A stretch of 64,000 nucleotides of DNA from Squalus acanthias. Taxonomy: Eukaryota. Positions 11,468-24,244 of this stretch are shown piece after piece (the stretch's first letter is position 1; each line of letters starts with the position of its first letter). The position numbers and the translations under genes are program-made. The stretch spans positions 157,668,001 through 157,732,000 of the forward strand of contig CM059431.1 in the NCBI GenBank assembly GCA_030390025.1, given 5' to 3'. The notes under the pieces were generated by a model, which ran no database searches, was not told the origin of the DNA, and worked only from the letters and a program-made list of their open reading frames with translations.

Positions 11468-13130
11468 GCGGAGCTCCGGCTGCTTTGTGACATTGTTACC
11501 GGCTGCTGTATGATTGGCTCCTGGCTCATTTGTTATGTCTCCTGGAGACCGGTTTCCGCCCCTGGTTACCCACCATCAGTGGTGTGTTACAGTGGGCGGG
11601 GCTGGAGTTGGCAGCAGATATTGTGATTGAGTACAGCTCCTGTAAATAGGGGCAAGGAAAGAAAAGAACAATTTAATATTAAATAAATAATTCAACCAAA
11701 TGTCATTAATTGTAAATATATTCAAATTAAATCTATTCTTAGTCGCAAAATTACTCACATTGTATTCCGATCACAGTTCATGGAATTAATATTAATCATG
11801 TTACTATTGATAGTTTCTTGGAGTCAGCAGAATCTCAGGAAGGTACAGAGAGAGAGAGAGAGAAGTCGAATCATCACAACATTACCTGGGACCGGACAAA
11901 CGTCATTGGGTTCACAGAACAGAACTAGAGGTACCATGAACCCCAGCTTGAAAGACCGGATAAAACAGAAAGCTTCAGCAATGATTGGAAGAATGGGGGA
12001 CTTTCCTGAGAATCCAATCAGTCCAGGATTTTGCCGAGGTGAGAGTTGAACCCGGTATCAGCAACTGTTCAACATTTGTCATAACGCTCGGCCTTTGATG
12101 CAGCAAATTTGCCTGGGGATTCATTGTGTGCAAAACTTGTCCATACCTCACCTGGGAGCGCTTAAGAATTACATACTCACAGAATTTTATTCTGTAACCG
12201 TACCGTGCTGTACCTGAGTTAGTTTGTTTCATTGGATAGTGGCAGAGGAGCTTTCCACTGCATTGAGCACACGCTGTATCTGAGTTGACTGTGCTTGATG
12301 AACCAAAATACAGCGAAATTTACACTGTATTGAACCCCTACCGTACATGCATTGGGAATATTTGATGGGACAGTAGAACGGAGCTATAATCTGTATCTAA
12401 TCCGTGCTGTACCTGCCCTGGGAGTGTTTGATTGGACGGCGGGAGCTTTACTCTGTATATGGAACACATCGAGTGGGAGGGGCTCCGGCTGCTTTGTGAC
12501 ATTTCTCCTGGCTGCAGTGTGATTGGCTACTGTCTCCATTGTGATGTCACCAAGAGACAGGTTTCTGCCGCTGGTTGCACACCATCAGTGGAATGTTACT
12601 GCGGGCGGAGCTGGATTTGGCATCAGATATTGTGAGTGATTTTATTGCCTAGAAATAGGGGCAAACAAAAGTACGATTTAACATTAAATTAATTCATTCA
12701 AACACGTTCTAAATATTATCAAATTAAATATATTAATAATCACAAACACAGTCCCATTGTTTTCCTTTAACAGATTCTATAATCAAGATGAATCATATTT
12801 ATGTTAAAAGTTTCTTTGTTTGATCAGTATCCTAGGAAGGTGGAGAGAGAGAATTCGAATCATCACTACATTAACTGGGACTGGAGAAAGGTCGTTAGGT
12901 TGGGCTCAAGACCCCCCAGTGTCGAAGACCAGAAACGGGAAGCTTCAACAATGATTGGAAATGTAAGGAGGTTTACTGGGAATCTCTTCAGTCAATGATT
13001 TTGCTGAGGTCAGTGTCTAACAAGATATTGGGAGAAGTTTAGCATCTGGCATCAAACCTGGCCTTTGATGCGTTAATTTGACTGGGAATTCTCTGGTATA
13101 TAAAACTAGCCAATATCTCTAGTTATTGAT
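11468..13130 (+). repeat. Local tandem duplication (11468-12170 similar to 12476-13130) with more ~63-bp repeats between them (12170-12465)
   Basis: gctccggctgctttgtgacatt, caccatcagtgg and agcttca(g/a)caatgattggaa each occur twice about 1 kb apart. Confidence 0.85.
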
Positions 13131-13605
13131 CCACTCGCCAGAGGGAATAGTATTTCTGTATCTACTCCATCAAACCTCACATCATCTTGAAAACCTCTAT
13201 TAGGTCACCTCTTAACTTCCCTGTTCCAAGGAGAACAGTCCTGACTTTACCAACTTATCCTCATAACTGAAAACCCTCATCCCTGGTAACATCCTGTTAA
13301 AACTCATCTGTTCCCATTCCAAGACCTTTACATATTTCCTGAAGGGTGGTGCTCGGAATTGTCAACAATGCTCCAGTTGATGCTTTGCCAGTGTTTTATA
13401 AAGTTCTAGCATTATCGCTTTGCTGTTATATTCTATCCCTCCATTTATAAATCCAAGTAAATCATTTAATTTTTTTTTAAATTGTCAACTTATCCTGCCA
13501 CATTTAAGGATTTGTGTATATGGACATCAAGGTTTCTCTGATCATTTACAATTTTCAAAATTGAGCCATGTATAGTATACAGTCTTTCCATTTTAGTCCT
13601 CCCAA
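13130..13605 (-). mobile_element. Old CR1 RT C-terminal fragment
   Basis: Reverse strand resembles LFSLEQ..LRGDL and QF.AP motifs; degraded. Confidence 0.75.
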
Positions 13606-14210
13606 AGAATGTAATCAAAATAGCTTAATGGAATGCAGTTATTTATATCTAGAGGACGACAATATAAGTGGGAGAAGTTATGCTGCAGCTGTACAAAGCC
13701 CTGGTTAAAAAGTGTCCAGTTCTGGTCACCAGACCTTAGAAAGGATGTATTAGCCTTGGAGGGCGTACAGCGTAAATTTACCGGAATGATACGGGTTAAA
13801 TTATGAGGAGAGATTACGCAAACCAGGGTTGTATTCCCTGGAATTTAAAAGCTTAAGTGTTGATTTGATTGAAGTATTCAAGATATTAAGGGGAGCTGAT
13901 AGGGTAGATAGAGAGAAACTTTTTCCGATGGTTAGCGAGTCTAGGACGAGGGGGCAGAGTCTTAAAAATGGAGCCAGACCTTTCAGGAGTGAAGTTAGGA
14001 AACACTTCTACATGAAATGGTTGCTAGAAATGTATAACTCACTTCGGCAAACATCAGTTATTGCTGAGTCTATTGTTAATTTTAAATCCTGAGATTGATC
14101 GTTTTTTGTTAACCGAAGTGATATACGGAAAAGGGATATAAAAGGAGCTGGGTAATTAAATGGCAGAACATGCTCTGGGGGATAAATGACTTACTCCTGT
14201 CCCTATGAAG
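13606..14210 (+). mobile_element. CR1 3' fragment (paralog of 15200-15553 plus 19700-20233)
   Basis: YSLEFKSL..DLIEVFKI..RTRGQSLK (13829-14092). Confidence 0.88.
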
Positions 14211-14273
14211 AGTGAGAAATGATCGTGTTTCAAGGTGCTGCAAGTGGAGATGAGAATCGCGATGTAAACGCAA

Positions 14274-14346
14274 CGCCTGAAATGGGACTTGAACCCTGAA
14301 CCCTCAGATTAAAAGTCTGATGCTGTACCGACTGAGCTACCCGGGC
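14274..14346 (-). tRNA. tRNA-Lys(UUU), diverged, probable pseudogene
   Basis: GCCCGGGTAGCTCAGTCGGTACAGCATCAGACTTTTAATCTGAGGGTTCAGGGTTCAAGTCCCATTTCAGGCG; mismatches in D, T and acceptor stems; no nearby T4 terminator. Confidence 0.88.
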
Positions 14347-14802
14347 TCTGCTTTCGGTGGGCCATACAACGACTTTCACTGGCTCACCAGCTGCATTACA
14401 CTCTCAACAAATTGCATTTGCTTCTCCAGTAATCCCGCCTGTACAGCGCATTACTCTCACACACCAGACTGACTGCACCAACCCCCACCGGCTTCACTTC
14501 AGGAACAGTCTCCCTCCCACAAAGGACACGCTCTTTACCAGCGGCCTCAGATGAGAACGGAGGTGTCAGTTTGTTGCAGTAAATAAATGAGGGCATCTGG
14601 CGCTTCTCTCCCTGACACTGGGACAGATTGTAAAGCAAGTTTCTGTTTATTATGAAAAAGTAAAGCAAACATCCATCCACTATCACCAATTGCTTTCTGT
14701 CTCTGAGGCAATTTTGTATCCATACCACCACATTCCACTCAAATCCAAGGGTTTCCAACTTTTTAATGAGGCACATATCCAGGTTTGACGATTATAAAGG
14801 AA

Positions 14803-15200
14803 GAAAGACTTGTATTTATATAACGCCTTTCATGACCATCAGACGTCCCAAAGCGCTTTCTAGCCAATTATGTACTTTTTGAAGTATAGTTACTGTTGTA
14901 CGGTACGAAACGCGGCAGGCAATTTCCGCTGAGCAAACTCTCATGAAGAGCAACGTGATAAGGATCAGATACTATGTTTTAGTGATGTTGATTGAGGGCT
15001 AAATATTGACCAGGACACCGGGGATAACTCCCCTGTTCTTCTTGGAAATAGTGCCACGTGATCCTTTACGTCCACCTGAGAGAGTAGACGGGGCCGCGGT
15101 TTAACGTCTCATCCAAAAGATGGCACCTCGGACAGTGCAGCACTCGCTCAGTACCGCACTGGATTATCAGCCTAGATTTATGTGCTCAGGTCTCTGGAGT
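14803..15200 (-). mobile_element. Deu-domain SINE (SacSINE1/AmnSINE-like) with L2-type tail
   Basis: Reverse strand reads ggtgccatcttttggatgagacgttaaaccg (Deu core); tail ggcgttatataaatacaagtcttt. Confidence 0.75.
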
Positions 15201-15553
15201 ATGCAAAGATATGCGGCATTGTCAGCAGTGTAGATGGAAGCATAAAATTACAGAGATATATTCATAGATTAAGTGAGTGGGTGAACTGTGGCAAATGCTT
15301 ATAAATATAAACAACTGTGAGGTCATCCACTTAGGACCTAAGAAGAATAGATCAGAATACTTTCTGAATGGTGAAAGACTAGAAACAGTGGAGGCCCAAA
15401 TAGACTTACGGGTCCATGTGCATATATCATTAAAATGTCATGGGCAGATACAGAATATAATCAGAAAAGACTTTTGGAATGCTGGTATTTATATCTAGAT
15501 GACTACAATATAAAGGGGCGAAGTTATGCTACAACTATGCAGAGCCCTGGTTA
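15200..15553 (+). mobile_element. CR1 fragment, left part; continues at 19700-20233 after a PLE insertion
   Basis: CEVIHLG..YFLNGERL..DLRVHVH (15277-15498). Confidence 0.85.
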
Positions 15554-15621
15554 TAATGTAATAAAAACAGAAAATGCTGGAAATACTCAGCATGTCAGGC
15601 AGCATCTGTGAAGAGAGAAAC

Positions 15622-15662
15622 AGAGTAAACGTTTCAGGTCGATAACTGTTCGTCAGAACTGA
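15622..15662 (-). ncRNA. Hammerhead ribozyme motif (PLE family B), partly degenerate
   Basis: Reverse strand reads agtt-CTGACGA-acagttatcgacct-GAAA-cgtttact; stem II is imperfect. Confidence 0.7.
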
Positions 15663-16417
15663 AAAAAGCTGGAGATGGAACAAGTTTTTATGCAAATTCA
15701 GGGGCAGGGATAGGGGGGAGGGGAGGAAGAAACAAAAGGGAAGGCTTGTGATATGATGGAAGGCAGGAGAGATTAAGAGACATTAAGAGAGATTAAGAGA
15801 TGGTGCAAGGCAAAAGGAGATGGTAATGGCACAAGTTAAGAAACAAAATATGGCTTTGGATGAAGTGTAAATGGCACTGGCAGAATGAAAGACAGCTGCC
15901 ATGTGGGAGTGAAATTTTTAAAAAGAAATAAATAAATAAAGTAAAATAAAATAAATGGAAGGAAAAGGATAGGGGCAGAGGTTATGATCTGAAATTGTTG
16001 AACTGTATGTTGTGTCCAAAAAGCTGTAAAGTGTCTAATCGAAAGATGAGGTGCTGTTCCTCGAGCTTACGTTGAGCTTAATTGGAACAGTGTAAGAGGC
16101 CGAAGACGGTGAGGTCTGAGTGGGAGTGGAGCGGAGAATTAAAGTGACAGGCGACCGGAAGCTCGGGGTTCCCCTTACGGACTGAACAGAGGTTTTCTGC
16201 AAAGCGGTCACCCAATCTGCATTTGCTATCTCCAATGTAGAGGAGACCGCATCGTGAGCAGCGAATACAGTATACTAAATTGCAAGAAGCACAAGTAAAT
16301 CGCTGTTTCGCATGGAAGGAAAATTTAGGGCCCTGGAAAGTGGGAAGTGTGGAGGTAAAGGAGCATGTGTTGCATCTCCTGCGCTTGCACGGGAAGGTGC
16401 CGGGGGAAGGGGTGTTA

Positions 16418-17686
16418 ACATAAGAACATAAGAAATAGGAGCAGGAGTAGGCCAATCGGCCCCTCGAGCCTGCTCCGCCATTCAATAAGATCATGGCTGA
16501 TCTGATCCTAACCGCCAATCTACTATCTACTATCACAGAACCATCTCCTGCATCTAACAATATTGCACACACGAAATAGGAGCAGAATCAGGCTACACGG
16601 TCCCTGGGCCCGCTCCACTACCCACAGGGCCATGACCGATCCGAACCTAGACTCATGTCCAAATTCCTGCCCGCTCCCCGTAACCCTTAATGCCCTTTAC
16701 TTCTAGGAAACTGTCTATTTCTGTTTTAAATTTATTTAATGATGTAGCTTCTACAGCTTTTTGTGGCAGCATATTCCATGGACCTACCACCCTCTGAGTG
16801 AAGTAGTTCCTCCTCATCTCAGTTTTGAAAGAGCAGCCCCTTATTCTAAGACTATGTCCCCTAGTTCTAGTCTCACCCGTCATCGGGAACATCCTCCCCG
16901 CATCCACCCGATCCAACCCCTTCACAATCTTATATGTTTCAATAAGATCGCCTCTCATTCTTCTGAACTCAAATGAGTAGAGTCCCAATCTACACAACCT
17001 CTCCTCATATGACCACCCCCTCATCCCCGGGATTAACCGAGTGAACCTTTTTTGCACTGCCTCGAGAGCAAGGATGTCTCTCCTTAAGTAAGGACACCAA
17101 AACTGTATGCAGTATTCCAGGTGCGATCTCACCAATACCTTGTACAACTGAAGCAATACCTCCCTATTTTTATATTCTATCCCCCTAGCAATGAAAGCCA
17201 AAATTCAATTTGCCTTCTTAATCACTTGCTGCACCTGCATACTAACCTTTTGAGTTTCGTGCACCAGGACCCCCAGATCCCTTTGCACTTCAGTACTCTC
17301 CAGTTTCTTGCCATTAAGATAATAAATTGCTCTAGGATTTTTCCTGCCAAAGTGCATCACCTCACACTTTCCAGTGTTGTATTCCATCTGCCAAATCTCT
17401 GCCCACTTACTTAGCCTGTCTATGTCCCCTTGCAGGTTTTTTATGTCCTCCTCACTCACTACTTTCCCTCCCATCTTAGTATCATCTGCAAATTTTGATA
17501 TGTTACACTTGGTCCCTTCCTCCAAATCGTTAATATAGATTGTAAAGAGTTGGGGACCCAGCACTGACCCCTGTGGAACACCACTAGTTACTGATTGCCA
17601 GTCTGAGAATGAACCATTTATCCCAACTCTTTGCTTTCTGTTAGATAGCCAATCCTCTATCCATGCCAGAATATTACCCCCAATCC
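16418..17686 (-). mobile_element. Relatively young CR1 3' segment inserted in PLE family B
   Basis: ORFs 17205-17564 (LGPQLF..FADDTK) and 16653-17201; (aacataag)n tail; gtgtt on both flanks. Confidence 0.93.
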
Positions 17687-19699
17687 CGTGTTGGGGGTGA
17701 TAGAGGAGTGGACCAGTGTGTCACAGAGGGCGCGGTCCCTTCGGACTGCGAAAGGGGAGTTGAGGGAAAGATGTGTTTGATTGTGGGATCACGCTGGAGG
17801 TGGCGACAATGGCGGAAGATGATCCGTTGAATGTGGAGGCTGGTGGGGTGAAAGATGAGGACAAGGGGAACCCTATCGTGGTTCCGGGAGGGAGGGGCAT
17901 GGGTGAGAGCGGAAGTGCGGAAAATGGAACGTACACTGTCAAGGGCCGTGTCAACCACAGTAGAGGGGAATCCTCGGTTAAGGAAAAAGGAAGACATCTC
18001 GGAAGCACGAGTATGGAAGGTGGCATCGCCAGAGCAGATGTGGCAGAGTCGGAGAAACTGCGAGAATGGAATAGAGTCCTTAAAGGAAGCGGTGTGGGAG
18101 GAAGTGTAGTACAGGTAGCTGTAGGAGTCAGTGGGCTTGTAGTGAATGGTTGTCAATAACCTATCCCCAGAGATGGAGTCAGAGAAGTCGAGGCAGGGAA
18201 GGGAAGAGTTGGAGATGAACTATTTGAAGGTGAGGGAAGGATGGAAATTGGAAGCAAAGTGATTGAAATGTTCCAGTTCAGGGCGAGAGCAGGAAACGGC
18301 ACCGATACAGTCATCAATGTACCAGAAAAAGAGGTGAGGGAGTGGAACTGAGCAGGAATAGAACAATGAATGTTGCACATATCCCACGAAAAGGCAGGCA
18401 TAGCTAGGACCCATGCGGGTTCCCATAGCAATACCTTTAATTTGGAGGAAATGAGCGGAGTCAAAGGAGAAGTTGTTTAATGTGAGAACAAGTTCACCCA
18501 GGCAGAGGAGGTTGGTGGTGGATGGGGACTGGTTGGGCCTCTGTTCAAGGAAGAAGCGGAGCGCCCTGAGGCTACCCTGGTGGGGGATGTAGGTGTAGAA
18601 GGATTGGACGGCCATAGCGAGAAGGAGACGTTTGGGGCCAGGAAACTGGATGCTGTTAAAGTGGCGGAGAGCATCAGAAGATTCGAGGATGTATGTGGGA
18701 AGAAACTGGACAAGGGGAAAAAAAATAGAGCCTAGATAGGAAGAGATATGTTCCATGGGGCAAGAACAGGCTGAAACGATGGGCCTACCAGGGCAGTCCT
18801 GTTTGTGGATCTTGGGACGAAGGTTGAAGTGGGCTGTGCGGGGTTGGGTAACTATGAGGATGGCGGCCGTGGAGGGAAGATCTCCAGAGAAGATGAGATC
18901 AGTGACGGTCTTGGAAACGGTGGCTTGATGTTCGGTGGGGGGGTTATGGTCCAGGCGCAGGTAGGAGGAGGTGTCGGAGAGTTGGCTTTCAGCGTCCGCT
19001 AGGTAGAGGTCGGTTCGCCAAACAACAACATTACCACCCTTATCAGCAGGTTTAATGACAATGTTGGGGTTGGATCTGAGAGAATGGAGTGCTGCAAGTT
19101 CAGAGGGAGGTAGGTTGGAGTGAGTGAGAGGAGCAGAGAAATGGAGACGGCCAATGTCACGCCGGCAGATAGCAATGAAAAGGTCCAGATAGGTTAAGAG
19201 GCCAGAGGGAGAGGTCCAGGTAGAACGAGAATTCTGAAAACGCGAGAAAGGTTCAGCTGTGCGGGGACAAGACTCCTGACCAAAGAAGTGGGCACGGAGA
19301 TGAAGGCGGTGGAAAAAGAGCTCAGCGTCGTGCCGAGCTCAACATTCCTTGAGGTGGGGGCGTAAGGGGATGAAGCTCAGGCCTTTGCTGAGGACTGATC
19401 GTTCGGGGTCAGAGAGGGGAATGTCAGAGGGGATAGTGAAAACAGGGCAGGGGGTGAGATTGGAAGAAGGGATGGGGTCAGAGGAACGTGAAAGGGAAGA
19501 AGGTTCCGGAGGGATGTTTGTGTCTAAGAGTTGTTGAAGCTTGCTATCCTTGACATCTGAAAGGAAGAAACAAGTTTTTTGTTAAAATGCCGGAGGAGGC
19601 GAAGGATGAAATGGAACTGCGGACCAGGACAGCTTTGAGATAGAGTGAGTCGGTGCTGCTGAAGAGTTTTGTTAAAGCGCCGGATGAGGCGAAGGATGT

Positions 19700-20233
19700 G
19701 GTTGAATGTGTTCAGTTCTGGTCACCACACATTAGGCAGGGTTTATCAGCCTTGAAGGGAGTACAGCCTAGATTTACCGGAATGATACATAGACTCCAAG
19801 GGTTAAATTACGAGAAGAGATTACTCAAATTAGGGTTGTATTACCTGGAATTTAAAAGCTTAAGGGGTGATTTGATTGAAGTTTTCAAGATATTAAAGGG
19901 AACTGATAGGGTAGATAGCAGAAACTATTTCCGATGGTTGGCGAGTCTAGGACGAGGGGGCAGAGTCTAAAAAATAGAGCCAGACCTTTCAGGAGTGAAG
20001 TTAGGAAACACTTCTACATGCAATGGGTGGTAGAAATTTGTAACTCACCTCCGCAATGTGCAGTTGATGCTGAGTCAATTTTTAATTTTAAACATGAGAT
20101 TGATCGTTTTTTGTTATCCTCCGGGATATCGGGAAATGGGCTATAAACGGAGTTGGGTCACAGATCACACATGATCTAATTAAATGGCGGAACAGGCTCG
20201 AGGGGGTAAATGACTCATTCCTGTTCCTATAAT
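19700..20233 (+). mobile_element. CR1 3' fragment, right part
   Basis: CVQFWSPH..LRGDLIEVFKI (19653-19970), RTRGQSLK. Confidence 0.88.
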
Positions 20234-20299
20234 GAGCGTGAAATGATCGTGTTTCAAGGTGCTGAACGCAAGTGGAAATGAGAATCGCGAATTTAAAAA

Positions 20300-20372
20300 A
20301 GCCCGTACAGGGACTTGAACCCGGGACCCTCAGATTAAAAGTCGGATGCACTGCCGACAGAGCGATCCAGGC
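20300..20372 (-). pseudogene. tRNA-Lys(UUU) pseudogene (duplicate of 14274-14346)
   Basis: GCCTGGATCGCTCTGTCGGCAGTGCATCCGACTTTTAATCTGAGGGTCCCGGGTTCAAGTCCCTGTACGGGC followed by a T run; A-box and anticodon-stem mutations. Confidence 0.88.
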
Positions 20373-20750
20373 TCTGCTGTCGGTGGCTCATACAACGACT
20401 TTAATTGGCTCACGTACTGCATTACACACTCAACCAATTGCATTTGCTTCTCCAGTAATCCCGCCTGTACAGCGCATTTCTCTCACAAACGCAGACTGAC
20501 TGCCCCCCACCGGCTTCACTTCAGGAACAGTCTCCCTCCCACAAAGGACACGCTCTTTAACAGCGGCTTCAGATGTGAAAACGGAGGTGTCAGTTTGTTA
20601 CAGTAAATAAATGAGGGCATCTGGCGCTTCTCTCCCTGACACTGGGGAAGTAGTGAGACAGACTTTACAGCAAGGTTCTGTTTGTTTTGAAAAAGCAAAG
20701 AAAGTATTGTTACGGAATTATCCAGACTTCAATCAATGCTAAAAGAGTTC

Positions 20751-20822
20751 TGACCCCAACGTGATTAGAACACACAGCCTTCTGATCTGGATTCAGACGC
20801 GCTACCGTTGCGCCACGAGGTC
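20751..20822 (-). tRNA. tRNA-Trp(CCA), slightly diverged (possibly pseudogene)
   Basis: GACCTCGTGGCGCAACGGTAGCGCGTCTGAATCCAGATCAGAAGGCTGTGTGTTCTAATCACGTTGGGGTCA with TTTT downstream; C32A and T-loop G57T changes. Confidence 0.9.
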
Positions 20823-20969
20823 ATATCAGCGCGCACAATAAAGCAGCAAACTGCTCAGAATACCCAACAGGTAGCACAGCTTCCGAAAAACAAATAAACT
20901 TTCGGCGTCTAGACAGTAGTTATAACTACAAAGAAGGCCGTGTGAAAATATAAACTGTGGGTGTGTGTA

Positions 20970-21435
20970 TATAGAATCATAGAAACTCACAGCACAGGAG
21001 GAGGACATTCGGCCCGTCGTCCCTGTGCTGGCTTAGAAAAAGCAGCCGTGCTGTATTTCCATATTAGTCCTCCCAAAGTGCATCACTTCACACTTCTCCG
21101 CATTGACCTCCATCTGCCGAGCTTCTGCCCATTTCACCATCCTGTCTGTGTCATCCTGAAGTCGACAACTATCCTCATCATTATCTATTAAGGTGCCAAG
21201 TTTCGTGAAATTTGCAAACCTTATAATGCTGCTCCAGTCAAGTTCGTTTATAAAAGTTGCAAAGAGTAATGGACTCAAAACAGACCCTGGGGAACACCAC
21301 TGCAAACCACCTCCTCGTGTGAAAAACACCCATCCATCACCACACTTTGCTTCCTGTCACTGAGCTAATTCTGTATCCATACCATCAATTTTCCCTTACT
21401 TCCATGGGCTTCCATCTTCTTAACAAGCATCCCCT
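20970..21435 (-). mobile_element. CR1 fragment: 3' tail joined to an RT piece (internal deletion)
   Basis: GSVLSPLLF..FANFTKLG..KCEVMHFG (21033-21329); atagaatcatagaa tail. Confidence 0.8.
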
Positions 21436-21917
21436 CTGTGTGTGATATTTATATAGAAAGTTAGAGTTTATGTGATGAGTGTGATGCGTTATATGTGGGC
21501 CAGTTTAAAGTTTATTTTTATAATATGACAAATCCTGTTATAAAAATATAAATATGTTTAATTGCTTCTGTGATCATTCTAAATGTATTTGGGTGTATCT
21601 GTGTGCTAGTTATAAATATATTTGTGTGTATCTTTGTGTTATTTATCATTGTTTTTGTGTGTGTGTCTATATTATGTTTAAAAATATTTGTGTGTAATTT
21701 AATGTATCATATTGCGAAATAAATATATACACAATACATTTGGAATGAAGACAGATGTCTCCCAATAAAGGAATAAATATTACAGGTATATGGGAAAACA
21801 TTTGTAAGCAGCAGTGTCATGAAATGCATTTAAATGTAAAATAATCAAAATAAATTTGCATCCAAAATGGATAGACACAATTATATTTAAAGTTATCGCA
21901 GTGATTTTATTTCGTTT

Positions 21918-21989
21918 TTCTTGTTGATCTAGTAGTTAGGATTCGGCGCTTTCATTGTCACGGCCTGTGTTCGAGTCCCAGTCAGACGC
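21918..21989 (+). pseudogene. tRNA-Glu(UUC) pseudogene
   Basis: TTCTTGTTGATCTAGTAGTTAGGATTCGGCGCTTTCATTGTCACGGCCTGTGTTCGAGTCCCAGTCAG matches the tRNA-Glu pattern with broken stems; tttt downstream. Confidence 0.8.
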
Positions 21990-22554
21990 TAAAGCGCAGC
22001 TTTTAATTCAATTATTTGCATGCATCTGCTGTGAGAAAAAAAGCCAATTGTTTTAATCCCCACAAATGAACTGATGACCTTCTTTTGCAGAATGAAAGAA
22101 ATGCTGACAAACCAAGAGTCTATACTTCAATATTTTTTATTTGATGAACTGTGACCCACAGCTCATTTCACACATAGGAGTCTGGTTTAAAATGTCCATT
22201 GCTTGTAACAACAGGAATCTGTTGCAAATTTTGTTCAACTTAACAGGACTGGTTATTTCTCAGACAATAATATTCTCTGACATAATGTTCCCGCCCGGGC
22301 CCGGGACATTCCGCGCGGCAGGCGACGGTGATAACCGCTCCAGTCCGGAAACCAGCGCTTGACACACTGTTCAGCGAGATGCTCAATTCCTCTTTCTGCA
22401 AGTTCATCACTAGTGAACCGACAATCCCAGGGTGTTGGTTTTCAGATTTACATCAGTAACCTTTTAATTAAAGTCTTGTCACCGCGAACGAGCTCTCCTG
22501 CACCCGGTGCGGTCTCCCTTCCAGCCTTTCCGTGCCTTGTTTGTTCCGAAGTAT

Positions 22555-22745
22555 TCTGATTGTCATCGAGCTGAAACGTTAACTCTGTTTCTCTCTCCAC
22601 AGATGCTGCCTGACCTGCTGGATATGTTGATGGAGTTAGATGAAGTCGGGTGGGAGGAGGTTCATGAGTTGACTAAAAACACGGGCCTGGACCTGTTGGG
22701 CTGAATGGCCTGTTTCCCTGCTGTAACTACTGTGTAATACTGTGC
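22555..22745 (+). mobile_element. PLE family B pLTR remnant (broken hammerhead) followed by a CR1 3' tail
   Basis: gaaacgttaactctgtttctctctccacagatgctgcctgacctgctg, then gggctgaatggcctgtttc..tgtaatact. Confidence 0.7.
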
Positions 22746-23399
22746 AATACAGCACAGACATTCCCTCGTGCAAACTTCATCTACTTGTGCTACTTTTGAA
22801 GTGGTTCCGGGCTTCAACTGTTCAAATGTTTACCGCCAGTTTGCTGCTGGCGTAGACCAATTTCACTCAACGATCTTCTGACGGGGAGATGAGAATGCGG
22901 GAACTGAGTCAAAGCGAGTGTGAACCGGACACCTGTTCCTGCATTGTTGTGTGGGTTGTTTGTTATTATCCTACTTTTTTCTTTCCAAGTTATTAAAGTT
23001 CTGACCCTCGGTTGTTGAATAAAATGATCACAAATCTTCAATGACTGACACTCAAAATGTTCTCAGTTTCCACACCCACTTTCTCCAAATAGTGTTCTGA
23101 ATGCCATGAAAATATTCAATCCACTTTTATATTAATGGTAATTATAATCCAAGTTCATCTCTTGATTAATCGAATCACATTCCAGGTGCAGTGGGTCTTT
23201 ATCAATGCTTTGGTTGAAGGCTTGTGCGTGAGGAAGATTATTTAAGCTTTTGCGGCACTGACACTTAATGTTTAAACTTCAGTAATATTGGGCACATGCA
23301 GTTGGTGTAAGTGTTTGGTTGGTCCGCGGGGGCCGAGTGACTCAGCGACGGATTATTAATCAATTGCGTGAAGTTCGCGCGTGGATTTGAATTTCGCCC

Positions 23400-23885
23400 T
23401 AATTCACATCAAGTCCCGTTCAACCATCGCGACTGTGCTCGCTGACCTACATTGGCTCCCGGATAAGCAATGCCTCGATATTAAAATTATCATCCTTGTT
23501 TTCAAGTCCTTCCATGGCCTCCCCTCTCCCTATTACTGTAGTCTCGCCCAGCCCTACAACCCTCCGAGATTTCTGCGTTCCTGCAATGCTGGCCTCTTGT
23601 GAATCCTCGATTTAATCGCTCCACCATTAGTGGCTTTGCCTTCATTTTGCCAAGGCCTTAAGCTCCGTAATTCCTTCCCATAAACTCTCCGCCTCTCTAC
23701 CTCTGTTTCCTCGTTTAAGACGCACCTTAAAATCTACCTCTTTGACCAAAATTGTGGTCACCTACCCTAATATCTCCTTACGTGTTTTGGTGTCAAATTG
23801 TGGTTGACAATCGCTCATGTGAAGTGCTTTGGGACGTTTTACTGCGTTAAAGGCGCTTTGTGAATGCAAGTTTTTGTTGTTGTTA
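23400..23885 (+). mobile_element. L2 LINE 3' end
   Basis: VLADLHWLP..KIIILVFKSFHGL..PRFLRS (23381-23602); tail ttgttgttg. Confidence 0.88.
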
Positions 23886-24244
23886 GGAATATAGGAGGAG
23901 ACCATTCAGCCCCTCGAACGTGTTCCGCCATTTAATTAGATTATGGTTAATCTGCAGGTTAACTCCATTCACAGGCCTAGGTTCCTTTATCATATTGGCC
24001 TTTTATCTTATCCTTGCGAAACACAACTTTTAGACTAACGTTGTTGAAATTCTGCATCATTGTCTCGATTACTGCCGAAAATCCCATTGAGCTCCAGAAT
24101 GGTTCTTCCCAGTTGCACTTCCAGCGTCTTGGATGGTGTGAGTGTTCCAGAGTGTGAGGTAACGGTTGCTGCCATGAAGAAAACGATAGAAACATGGGAG
24201 AGGTGGGAAACCGCGGTTAGAGGCTGCTGTCAAGGATCGGACAC

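Larger units (their letters stand above)
15560..19698 (-). mobile_element. Penelope-like element family B, degraded (RT plus GIY-YIG), interrupted by CR1 at 16418-17686
   Basis: GIAMGTRMGPSYACLF..WYIDD (18220-18756), HYKPTD..IPFSQFLRL (17674-18156), NLVYCIRC..LYIGD..PVACHFN (16078-16417); pLTR at 15560-15665. Confidence 0.92.
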
